Source of the DNA: Heterodontus francisci | Taxonomy: Eukaryota | Assembly: GCF_036365525.1 (NCBI RefSeq) | Contig: NC_090418.1 | Span: 10,912,856-10,976,855 of the forward strand | Length of the DNA stretch: 64,000 bases | Direction: 5' to 3' | Part shown: one piece after another, positions 36,601 to 49,300 of the stretch | Numbering within the stretch: position 1 is the first letter of the stretch | How the letters are laid out: every line of letters begins with the position of its first letter | Notes under the pieces: generated by a model | Seen by the model: the letters and a program-made list of their open reading frames with translations, nothing else | Told to the model about the DNA's origin: nothing | Databases searched by the model: none | Translations under genes and position numbers: made by a program

Positions 36601-38254
36601 TATAGTTATTTTCTTTGCATTTCAAAAGAAGTCAAATGCAGACACACCATCAATCAATACCTGCCTGTGTCACACAGCTTCATGCAGCTTTTATGAAAAC
36701 TTAGAAACTTCAAGCACACCGTGGACCAATTCTGTAGCACAATCCACTTACACACACACACACACACTCTCTCCCCGACTTTTTCTTCTGGTCACACATT
36801 CCAGAAGCATCAAGGTAATTAAACAATCAGAATCAACACAAATTGTCGACTCTGTGAAATAGCTCAGAAATTCCAAAATGCCAATTTGTGATGGAATACA
36901 GGGATAATAGGCTGGAGTAGATATATTTTCGGCATACTTAATATATTATACCTCTTAGAATTAAAGATTGAGTGAATGGTTAGGGTTTCAAGACTCACTG
37001 ACATTCCCCTTTAAGAAGGTAGACTTAGAAATTTCGAGGTCCCCGTTGCAAACTTTTAAGTTGGAGAATCCATTTCAGTGCCTCTGTTGCGAGGGACTTG
37101 GTAGATAAACTTGCACATTGAAATATCCTGCGTCATATCAGTAACAGGTAACCATAAATTTAACTAATTGATGGTGTTGGTAAATGTCGACAGATTGACC
37201 CACAAGGGAAGTTCAAACTACAATAAAAAAGGCAATCAAGAGTACTCACAGGAACAAGAGGTCAGGTAAACACAATTATAAACATTTTGACCAGATAAAT
37301 GCTCACAACTTCAAGAGCAAGAGAACTCCAGTAAAACATTAAGTGGAGATGGTAAAGATATGGATTTTAAAAAACAAGGAAAACACACACAGGAAGGTAA
37401 CGCCTATATGCTAAAAGTCAGATGACACTTCAGAAACAGTAAAAACATGAGAAGTTTGAAGCAAAGATTAGAAATGTTGAATCCTCAAAAATGCTTCTCA
37501 ACTACGGGGAATTTAAGGTAAAATTTTTACTTTAAATTTTGATGGAAATTCGGGATATTCTAAGATATTTTGCTGTAACATTAGCAAGGTTAAACTTTTG
37601 GATTCTATGTTAGAAATAAGATTGTGTTACATCTTTTAGTAATATTTAATATTGTAATATACTTATCCACTTAGACGTGTATTGCATGTTAACATTTATA
37701 TATTTATTAAATAATTTAATAAATTGCCACATGTAACATTCTGTATACAACTGCAAAGAACCCCCTCTCTGTGTCTCTTTAAGTGGAGAGATACGTATTG
37801 AAGAGAGTTCCCAGACCCTGACAATATCTGGGATATTTATGACTTAGCCATAATTATTAAAAGTAGGCTATCCGAAAGATGGTAATATTCTCTGTTGGTT
37901 TTCTTTTCTTGAGGGAAACCTAGTACAATTCTTTGGACCCAAATAAGTGTCTGAGAATTTGTCTGGTTTGAACTTGATTAAAGGAGATTCATAGGGATGT
38001 ACTCCTGATTTGGTTTGGTCCCTATAAGAGGTTAAAGTCATAAATCACTTCAAATTATTGATTTGATAATCTCATGTTCCAGAATTAGAGACTCTCATGC
38101 AATTCACAACAACCAGAATTTCACCGTGGCCGCAATAAAAGACCGGTTTTCACAACTTAATATGTTAATCAAACTGAACGTGTGCTCCTCGTGTCTCAGG
38201 AGCTGAAGAGGCATCTGACTGCTGCTCCTCCGTACATAATGTCTTCAGGCACAT

Positions 38255-38680
38255 GGGAGACGGTGGTGGAAGTGGAAATGTCATTGAACTAGTACTCCAG
38301 AGGCCCAGGCTAATGACCTAGGGACATGGATTCAAATGCCACCATGGCAGCTGGTGGAAATTAAATATTCAATTAAACAATAAAAAAATCAATTAATTCA
38401 CAAAAATCTGGAATCAAAAGGTAGTCTCAGTAACGGTGCCATGAAACTATCATCGATTGTTGTAAAAGCCCATCTGGTTCATGAATGCCCTTGAGGGAAG
38501 GAAATCTGCCATCCTGACCTGGTCTGACCTACATGTGACTCCAGACACACAGCAATGTGCTTGACTCTGAACTGCCCTCTGAAATGGCCTGGCAAGCCAC
38601 TCAGTTCAAGGGCAATTAGGGATGGGCAATAAATGCTGGCCTTGTCAGTGATGCCCACATCCCAAGAAAGAATGAAAAGA
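38255..38680 (+). mobile_element. tRNA-derived SINE
   Basis: Same family as 32692-33077 (GGATTCAAATGCC B box, GGGCAATAAATGCTGGCC tail). Confidence 0.75.
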
Positions 38681-38926
38681 CTTGAACCATGCGGATTTGG
38701 GACTCCAAAGTTAGAGATGATAAAGTGGGATGTGGAAAGGAGCAGTGACCGCACTCCGTGTCCCAAAGCCCCCTTGTCAACTTTTGGAGCTATAGTTTCT
38801 GCTCTCATGGACTTACAATCTCACCTCACTTTATTCCAGATGAGAATTGAGGATGAAACACAATTCCCACAACATTGAGAAATAATAAAAAGGAGAAGAG
38901 AGTTTCAATCTGGCAGTGGTGATTAG

Positions 38927-40300
38927 GGATAGGTATTCCCACAGTGCTGTTGGGAAGGGAGTTCCAGGATTTTGACCCAGCGACAGTGAAGGAACGGCGA
39001 TATAGTTCCAAGTCAAGATGGTGTGTGGCCTGAAGGGGAACTTGCAGGTGCTGGTGTTCCCATGCATTTTCTGCCCTTGACCTTCTAGGTGGTAGAGGTC
39101 ACAGGTTTGGAAGGTGCTGTCGAAGGAGCCTGGGCGCATTGCTGCAGTGCGTCTTGTAGATGGTACACACTGCTGCCACTGTGCGACGGTGGTGGAGGGA
39201 GTGAATGTGTATGGATGGGGTGCCAATCAAGCGGGCTGCTTTGTCCTGGATGGTGTCGAGCTCCTTGAGTGTTATTGGAGCTGCACCCATCCAGGCAAGT
39301 GGAGAGTATTCCATCACACTCCTGACATGTGCCTTGTAGATGGTGGACAGGCTTTGGGGAGTCAGGAGGTGAGTTACTCACCTCAGGATTCCCAGCCTCT
39401 GACCTGCTCTGGTAGCTACGGTATTTATATGGTTACTTTAGTTCAGTTTCTGGTCAATGATAACCCCCAGGATGTCGATAGCAGGGAATTTAGTGATTAT
39501 AATTCCATTGAATGTCAAGGGGTGATGGTTAGATTCTCTCTTGTTGGAAATGGTCATTGCCTGGTACTTGTATGGCACGAATGTTACTTGCCACTTATCA
39601 GCCCAAGCCTGGATGTTGTCTACACAGGCATTTCTACACGGATTGCTTCAGTATCTGAGGAGTCGCAAATGGTGCTGAACATTGTGCAATCATCAGCGAA
39701 CATCCCTACTTCTGACCTTATGACTGAAGGAAGGTCATTGATGAAGCAGCTGAAGATGGTTGGGCCGAGGACACTACCCTGAGGAACTCATGCAATGATG
39801 TCCTGGGACTGAGATGATTGACCTCCAACAGACACAACCATCTTCCTTTTCACTAGGTATGACTCCATCCAGTGGAGAGTTTTACCCCTGATTTCCATTG
39901 ACTCCAGTCTTGCTAGGGCTCCTTCATGCCATACTCGGTCAAATGCTGCCTTGATGATACCTCACCTCGAGAGTTCAGCTCTTTTGTCCATGTTTGAATC
40001 ATGGCTGTAATGAGGTAAGAAGCTGAGTGGCCCTGGCAGAACCCAAACTGAGCATCAGTGAGCAGATTATTGCTAAGCAAGTGCCGCTTGATAGCACTGT
40101 TAACGACACCTTCCCTCACTTTACTGATGATCGAGAGTAGACTGATGGGGCGGTGATTGGCCGGGTTGGACTTGTCCTGCTTTTTGTGTACAGGACATAC
40201 CTGGGCAATTTTACACATTGCCGGGTAGATGCCAGTGTTGTAGCTGTAATGGGGCATGGCTTATTTTGGGGCACAGGTCTACAGTACAATTGCAGGAATA
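38927..40300 (-). mobile_element. Non-LTR retrotransposon RT fragment inserted downstream of the NAT16-like stop
   Basis: NPANHRPISLLSIISKV, AQFGF and MEYSPLAWMGAAP; absent from the paralogous flank at 12380-12480. Confidence 0.8.
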
Positions 40301-40392
40301 TGACTATGATTGTGCAGACAATGAAACCGTTGCCTAGATTGCAACATATTGGGGAAGGAGGGACAGTCAGTCGGAGTCTATGTTTGGTCTGA

Positions 40393-43300
40393 TTAAAATC
40401 TAGTCAGAATTTGGAATATATCCCCCTCTGCTATAAACTCATCTTTCCAATATTGTTTCCCTTTCTGAAGCCCCAGTTCCTTGGTACAGAATTCCCACAT
40501 CTGGGGGGACAGCGATGGATTTACAGGCAGTAGGCAGATTACATTGCCTTGTAAAGGAGGCAGGTTTTGCAGCTGAGAGAGGAAGACACTTTTCACAGCT
40601 GATAAATCTTTCCCAAACATGTCTATTCTGTAAACATAGTTTCCCATTGGATCTCTGTAGGGAGCTGTGCCCAAACTCACAGCACGTGTGTTCTCCTTTC
40701 TATCTGCTATCCAGCTGATATCCCGCTTCAGTAAAATATCCAGGTTGCTCTCCAGTGGTTTGAATACGCCTCCTCTGTGAACGATTCTCCTGCCCGGCAG
40801 CACTGTGTCAATTACGGTTCTGTTCAGGAATACCGACCTCACTTCATCTGGTTGCAGGGAGATCGGTTCCCAATATTCAGCCCCACTTTTCTTCATGTTA
40901 CTGATCAGCTCACTCTTCAAAGTGGGAACATTTATTGATGGAAATCGAAGAGAAATCAAGGACTGGAAACAAAAGATATCGGGGAAAGGGTTAGTGATGA
41001 AATGTGAGATGAGGATTAAATATTAAATACATGAAATTTAATGCAAAGTGATACATTTTGGTCAGGAGCACGAGGAGAGGCAATACAAAATAAAGGGTAC
41101 AATTCTAAAGGGGCTTCAGGAACAGAGGGACCAGGGGGCTATGTGTACACAAAGCATTGAAAGTGGGTAATAAGGCACATGGGATCCTGGGCTTTATAAA
41201 TAGAAGCATTGAGTCGAAAGACAAGGAAGTTATGAAGGATCTTTATAAAAACATTAGTTTGGACTCAACTGGAGTATTGTGTCCAATTCTGGACACTACA
41301 TTTAGGAAGGATGTGAAGGCTTTAGAGAGGATGCAGAAAAGATTCACGAGAATGGTTCCAGGGATGAGGAACTTCAGTTACGTGGATAGATTGGAGAAGC
41401 TGGGGCTGTTCTCCTCCGAGAAGAGAAGGTTGAGAGGAGATTTGATAGAGGTGTTCAAAATGATGAGGGATCTAGACAGAGTAGATTGGGAGAAACTGTT
41501 CCTATTGGCAGAGGGGTCAAGAACGAGAGGACAATGATTTAAAGTGAATGGCAAAAGAACCAAAGGCAACATGAGGAATTATTTTATTTACACACAGCCA
41601 GTGGTTACGATCTGGAATTCAGGAGCTGAGAGGGTGATGGAGGAAATATCAGCAGGGCTACGAGGAAAGGGAGGGGAGAGTGGGACGGACTAAATTGTTC
41701 TTGCAGAGAGCCTGCACGGACATGATGGGCTGAATGGCCTCCTTCTGTGCTGTTATCATTCGATGATTCTATATTATTCACCAGTGGAATGTTTAATAGT
41801 AAAAATATTCAGAGAATCTCTCACTATCTCCTTCTTGTAAAATATGCATTTCTGACAAACCTTTTCTGTCAAACCTCATCTGAAACTATTTTCCAGTATA
41901 ACAGAATTTGTTTATTACTGGGGTTTGTTAAAATATTCCAGGTGAAATCATTATGCTAATCAATGCAAATCTATGTGAGAGTTTAGCTGCATGTTAATCG
42001 CACCTGTTTGCCTCGTGGATGAAATCCCTTGAAAATGTCTTGCCCTGTGACACCGCTCTGGTTCTTCACCTCCGGGTACCTCGCTCTTACACACTGGAGA
42101 ATGTGTTTGTAAATCAGCCGTCCAATTCCTTTGCCCCTTTCTGAAGGATGAACATTTAATGCTTCCATTGCAGCTGTCTGTCCATCATCCACGATGTGAG
42201 CAGAAACCAGAGCGACCTGGAAATAGAGAGGAAGACAGGGAGGATTCCCACTGGTGTCCATGTATCAGAAGCACAAGTGTATAAAGCAGAGCGACTGACC
42301 TGTTCTTTCTGCCTGATGCTATGGGTTTACATTGGTGTTTCACCTGAAACACTCCAAACTTCTAAGACTTTGCTTCAGATTTCCATCATCTGCAGATCTT
42401 TTGCCATTTGGTTTTAAAGAAAAACAAATCCAGAGTGCGGAGAGAACATTCTAGAATCCAACAGCACAGAAGGAGGCCATTCTACCCATCAGGCCTGTGC
42501 CGGCTCTCCAATTCGTCCCACTCCAGCCTCCCACGTTTTCATTCAATTTTCTCAATGTTTGGGGCCTTGGATAGTGAGGAGAGAGGGGGTAAATGGGCAG
42601 GTATTACACCTCCTGCGATTGCAGGGGAAGGTGACGTGGGACGGGGACGAGGTGGTGGGGGGTAATGGAGGAGTGGACCAGGGTGTCACGGAGGGAACGA
42701 TCCCTTCGGAATGCTGACAGGGGAAGGGAGGGGAAGATACATTTGGTAGTGGCATCACACTGGATGTGGCAGAAGTGGCGGAGGATGATCCTTTGATCTG
42801 GAGGCTGGTGGAGTGGAAAGTCTGGACAAGGGGAACCCTGTCGCGGTTCTGGAAGGGAGGGAAGGGGTGAGGGTAGAGGTACAGGAAATGGGCCGGACAC
42901 AGTTGAGGGCCCTGTCAACCACAGTGAGGGGGAATCCTCAGTTGAGGGAAAAGGAAGACATATCAGAAGCACTGTCGTGGAAGGTAGCATCATCAGAGCA
43001 GATGCGTCTGAGACGGAGAAACTGGGAGAATGGAATGGAGTCCTTACAGGAGGCAGGATGTGAAGTGTAGTCGAGGTAGCTGTGGGAGTCAGTGGGCTTA
43101 TAATGAATATTATAAGCTCTCGTGCTCACATCTCTGTCCTGGGATTCCAGTGAACATCAACGCAAGCTCGACGAACAGCATCTCATTTACCGATTAGACA
43201 CTGCAGCCTGCCGGACTGAACATTGAATTCAATAATTTCAGAGCATGATGGGTCCCACCCCCTTCTTATGTCTATGGAGGAGTTGAGGAAAATAGCTGAG

Positions 43301-46300
43301 CAGTGTGGGATCACTGTACGTGGCAAGGCTCGGAAGTCTGAACTCCTAAGGCTAGTGGCCAACCATTTTCCCCTTGAATCTGAAGAAGCAGAAGCAGTGT
43401 TAGAAGCAGACCCAGACAGGGTACTGCTAGAAAAGATACAATTGGATCAAAGGAAACTTGAATTAGAAGACAGGGAAAGACAGATAGAGAGAGAGAGACA
43501 GGAGAGGGAGAAAGAGAGAGCCTTCCAGAAGGAAAGGGAAGAAATAGGGAGAGAAGAGAGAGAGAAAGAAAGGCAGCAGAAGGAAAGAGAGAAAGAGGAG
43601 AGAGAGAGAGAGACAGAGAAAGAATATGCCTGAAAGAATCCAAAGAAAGAGAGCTGAAGTGGCTTGAGTTAACTAGGGGGCGACAGAGTAACCCCAGTGA
43701 AAGCATGGTCAATATGCAGGAGCATAATTCAGAGCTGGGTACGAAATTGTTAAAACTCGCCCAACTCATTCCAAAATTCAATGAGGAAGATTGGAAACGT
43801 TTTTTGTGTCTTTTGAGAAACTGGCAAGGCAGCTAAAATGGCCAGCTGCGACCTGGTCTCTCTTAATACAAAGCAAGCTAACTGGAAAAGCCCATGAGGT
43901 TTATTCCTTGTTGCCAGATGAGAGTTCTCCTCGGAACATATGAATTAGTACCCGAAGCCTACAACCAAAAGTTTAGAGCCCTCAAAAAGCAAGTTAATCA
44001 AACTTATCTGGAGTTTGAAAGAAGTAAGCAGCTGACTTTTGACCAGTGGCTGGTTGCTCTTAAAATACAGCTCAGCTATGAGACTCTCAGAGAAGTAGTT
44101 CTGTTAGAGGAATTTCAAATATCTCTCCCACTCACAATAAAGACCCAGGTAGAAGAGCAGTGGGTTCAGGGAGCCATTCGGGACGATGAGTTTGCTTTAA
44201 TTTTTAAGTCGGTTTTCCCGGGGACAACCTTTCCTAATCACCCCACAAATCCGAAAGGGAAAAAGGGTGAGAAGGTGATATCTGCCCAGGCAGTCCTGGG
44301 AGAGAAAGGAAAGCAGGAGACACGGGCAGGTCTGGGGATTGGGGGGTCCTCCTCTAGCCAAAAAGGAAGGTGCTATGAGCAAGAGGACCTGCGTGCTTCC
44401 ATTGTAATAAAGCAGGGCATTTTAAAGCTAACTGCTGGAAACTAAAGGGAAAACCAGTAGAGTTAAACAGGGCACACCCGCTCAGTGAAGACGGAATCCT
44501 GATGGAAGGCACAGAACAAGCTGTAACTGCATTACGAGTGCAACCCAGGAAGCTTACTGCGGCCAGTGCAAGAAAAGGTAATAAGGTTCCTGAAGGTTAT
44601 CAGGGTTTTATGTCTGAAGGGGAAGTAACCCCATACCCCTCGAGTGGAGCAAGCAAGCCCATAGTGATTCTCAGGGATACAGGAGCCTCTAGATCCCTTT
44701 TCATGGGAAAAGGCCTGACCTTTCCCCCAGAGAGTGCAGTGAACATCACAATGGTGGTGAGTGATATTGGAGGGCAGTGTATACCTGTACCTGTACACTG
44801 GGTAAACCTGGAGTGCGACCTGGTTTCGGGACCAGTGACCATAGGGATTGTCTCTAGTTTGCCTGTGGACAGGGTTGACCTGCTCCGAGGTAATCTGGAG
44901 GGGGCAAAGGTGCTAGCGCCCCCAGTAGTGAAAGAAAGACCGCAGGAGGTCAGAGAGACAGGGCGGTGGCAGAAGACGGTCTCCTGCAGTTTCCCTGAAT
45001 GTGTAGTGGGTCAGGCCATGATCAAACCAGATCCCCCAGAGGAGACTGCATTGGTGCTGCAGGCAGATGGCCAGGCTCGCCTGTCCGAGACTTTCTTTGG
45101 AAAGTTAGGAGACCGAGGGAATGAATTAAATGGATTTTCCCCAGCTGAGGCTTAGCGAGCTGAATCAGTATTGCGAGAGTTAGCACAGACTGCCCAGTCT
45201 GAAAGTGAAGCAGAGGGAGTCCCTGATTGCTACTATTTAAAGAATGAGGTAATGGTGAGGAAATTGAGTTCTCCTCACAGATCTGAGGGCAAGGAGTGGA
45301 CCGTAGTCCACCAGTTAGTGGTGCTGCAGAGGTACCGGGGAGCAATATTAAGAAGGGCCCAAGAGACTACCGTGGCTGTACATGCTGGTATACGAAAGAC
45401 CAAAGCCCGCATAAGACAACAGTTTGACTGGCCAGAACACCACAAAGATGTGGTGGAGTACTGCAGGAGTTGTCATGTGCCAGGTTGAGGGGAAACAGCA
45501 AGCTGCAGTGAAACCTGCACCCCTAAGTCCCGTACCAGTGTTAGGAGGACCCTCCAGCAGAGGGCTGGTGAACTGTAAGGGACCCCCGCCGAGAACAAAA
45601 GGGGACAGGCAGGCACACGGTTGGCAAAAGTGTGGAAAGAGAAGGGGAAAAAGTGACCAAGAGGGCAGGTTAAAGGAAACATTGGCACCTAGAAAAGACA
45701 ATTCTAATCGGCTTTAAGATTGATGAATGAATGGAAGTGAATGAGAGAAATGCATGGTTTTTCTTTCTGTATCTTATATTTCTCTCAAACCTTTCAATGA
45801 AATGTGCCGTTTTTATTCAAATCACATTTCATTCCCCTGGGTGTGGAGGTGTCATGCAGACCCCCACCTGCCAAGAATGAGACACATATTTCACCACATG
45901 CACATTGATTTTTAAACTGTTAGTGGAGTAAAGAAAGAATTGGTTTAAGAAAAAACCACCAGACCCTTGACTGGACAGACATTTGCATAGTAACAGACTG
46001 TAATTGGAAAAGTCAAAAAGGGGCCACTCCCTGCTTCAATTTAATCCATAATGGACTTTTGATTACCAGACGTTGAAGGTGGAGAGGTTAGCATTCCATG
46101 TTAACTGCTAAGATGGCCGAATACACAAACAGACGTGGTCAGACCAGTTTGGTCACATGACTAACTGGCTTTTGGAGTTTTTTGAATTTGAACTTGCCAC
46201 AGAGAATTTGAACTCAGAAAGCTGCTTGCTCCTGGATTGAAAAGACCTCGCTCCTGTTTGCTCATCTCTTTCTCACCAGCTTTGGAATCCATTGAAGACA

Positions 46301-49300
46301 CAGGAACCCCAAGAGAGAAAAGTCTCCTACAGTGAACAAGGTTTAAGAAGAATACTGGGCCCCAATGAAAAGCAAGAATTGCCAACAAGCAAGAACTACC
46401 TATAAAAAGGACGACAGTGAGCTCGAAGCACAGGAACAAGAAATTCTTCTGATATTGCCTCAAACCTCTCCACTTTATTTTTCTTCTGCTCTTTTCTGTC
46501 TCTATTTGCATGTGCGTACGGCTTATGCATGCCAGTGTCGGGCGCGCCTTGTATCAGTAGTCGCTAACCGAATTAGAGTTTAAGTTTAGGTTTTAATAAA
46601 TTTCGCTTTTCTTCTTTAAACCTAAGAAAGCCTGTTTATGCTCATTTCTTTGCCTTATAATTGGAAAGTGGTGAACAAGGATTCACCAAAGGGGGAGCTC
46701 AAAACACAGTGTGTTTAAAATTAAACCCTTGTTACAATAAGACCAGGTGACGGCTGAGATAAACCCCTAGACATCTTTCTCACCTGGTCGTAACAGGACA
46801 AAATTGAACAAAAACAGAGATTTGTGGTGAATGGCTGTTTTTCAGACTTGAGAGGGGTATACTGTGGTGTTCCCCAGGATTCAGGACAAGAACAACTGAT
46901 GTTTTTGATACCATTAATGACGTAAAATTGCAGGTAGAGGGCACGGTTTTGGAATTTGCAGTGGATGTGAAACTTCTTCTAAATGGTACACACTGCTGCC
47001 ACTGTGCATCGGTGCAGGAGGGAGTGAATGTTGAAGGTGGTGGATGGGGTGCCAATCAAGCGGACTGCTTTGTCCTGGATGGTGTCGAGCTTCTTGAGTG
47101 TTGTTGGAGCTGCACCCATCCAGGCAAGTGGAGAGTATTCCATCACACTCCTGACTTGTGCCTTGTAGATGGTGGACAGGCTTTGGGGAGCCAGGAGGTG
47201 AGTTACTTCCCGCAGGATTCCTAGCCTCTGACCTGCTCTTGCAGCCACGGTATTTGTATGGCTACTCCAGTTCAATTTCTGGTCAATGGTAACCCCTGGG
47301 ATGTTGATAGTGGGGGAATTCAACAACCGTATTGCCATTGAATGTCAAGGGGAGATGGTTAGATTCTCTCTTGTTTGAGATGTCATTGGCTGGCACTTGT
47401 GTGGCCCGAATGTTACTTGTCACTTATCAGCCCAAACCTGGATATTGTCCAGGTCTTGCTGCATCGGGACACGGACTGCTTCATTATCTGAGGAGACACG
47501 AATGGTGCTAAACATTGTCCAATCATCAGCGAACATCTCACCTTATGATGGAGGGAAGTTCATTAATGAAGCAATGTCACACGGACACTTTCACCATTCC
47601 TCCACGACGATCACAGCAACAATCTCTGGGCTCTAACAATTAGTGAGATGATGGCTATCTAAAGAAAATGGTCCTGAGCAGAACAAGATACGATATAGGC
47701 CAATTAACGAGGAACGATGCAGCCAGATTTATATCGGCTTCCATTTTTGAGGAGACTGGATCAAAAGGTGCAGATGTTGTACCCGACTGTGACAAACTAG
47801 CAACGAATCCTTTGATCGGTTTTGATCCAATTCCTCTGTAACTGACAGACAAAGTTTTACCCTCAATATTAATGTGTTTATTACTGATATCACAGAGTGA
47901 TTTCAGCTTCACTGATTTTGGTTGTAAATTATTTTAAATGGAGACAAGTGAAATTGTGATTTAAACTGGATTGATGCAAAGTGTAATCTAATAATCTATA
48001 ACAGGATTATTTTCAAAATTCTAAAAGGAACTCACCACTCGACTGTTCCGTTTTGCTAAAATGACCATTCGGTTTCTCTCTTTGAGCCAGTGGTGGTAGG
48101 TGCTTGGCAAGTAATCTGTCTCGTTGACAAGGAGGGAGAGAACCTGCTCAAAATCCTCTTCTGTAGCCTGGGAAAAGTCCAGGTCTAACTCTGAGTACTT
48201 GACACATAAATAAAAGAAAAAGATTAATATCACAGCTGAATATAGCATGAGGTTTGGCTTCTGATTTACAGGCGGAATGCGATGATCCCAGGCCTCAGGG
48301 GCTGACAGTCACTCAGGCACCAAGTGCAGAGTTTCGTTTGATTCGATAGTTCATGTCTGCGTCTATAGATGGTAATTGAGTTAACAAACATGAAGAGCAA
48401 CAACACGTATCAAGCAACATTGATATATGGGGAAGGGGTGATATGCCAGTGGCAGCTGAACAGATGCTTAACATTTTCCAGCCCAGGCCTGGCGATGGAC
48501 GGAGAAACCAATTGTGTGCCAGTTACATTGAAGTCTGCTCCCCTTGGATTTGAGATGGGCGAAGATGTGGGTCACACCTGGAGGAACCACGGTGAGAGAG
48601 AGAAAGAGTTTGACCAGGTGCAGGGAGACAATGATGGAAATGAGAGAGTGATTGAGCAGATCGGCAGCTGCAGAAGTATTAGAGTGAATGGATGGCCAAA
48701 GGCTAGACAATAGGGAGTTTAAAAGTGCCACTGTAAATGGAGTGTGGGAGAGTTTCATCCAGGGTGGATATCGCAATGACTGATGTTGGAATGGAGTTGG
48801 GAGATTGCAAGTGGTGAGTGATACGAGGAAGTGATCAGAAATGGTTTTGTCTGTGATGGAGATGAAGGGATTCGAGAGACTATGAGGGACGGCAAGGTCG
48901 AGGGGGTGGCCATGGAGATGGGTCATTAATTTATATGGAAGCAGAGGTTAAGGGAGGATCGGGAGGGAGTGAAATGAGAGGAGAGAGGGTACGGGCAGTT
49001 GAGATATAGTTTGAAATCACTGAGGATGAGGAGTCACCTAGTGCAGAGGCTGAGGGAGAGACGGAGTGAGGGGATCTCAGAGTGAGGTTTGGGTGGATGG
49101 TGGAGGACGTGGATTTTAAAGAAGAGGTGATAGGGGTGGAACAAAGTGAAAGAGTAAAAGGAGGAGAAGGTGCCAGAGGGGATGGGGTGGGGACCAAGGT
49201 CTGAGTTGGTGAGACCTCTGCACGACCAGCATAATGAAAGGAGCTTGATATAACTTACCCCCCTGGTATGGCACATCCTCACACCCGGCCGATCCATCAG

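Noticed and set aside
43223-43650. E/R/K-rich ORF and GA-rich tract as a novel coiled-coil host gene
   Set aside because: It is the low-complexity N-terminal part of Gypsy gag and is continuous with the downstream gag and protease remnants.
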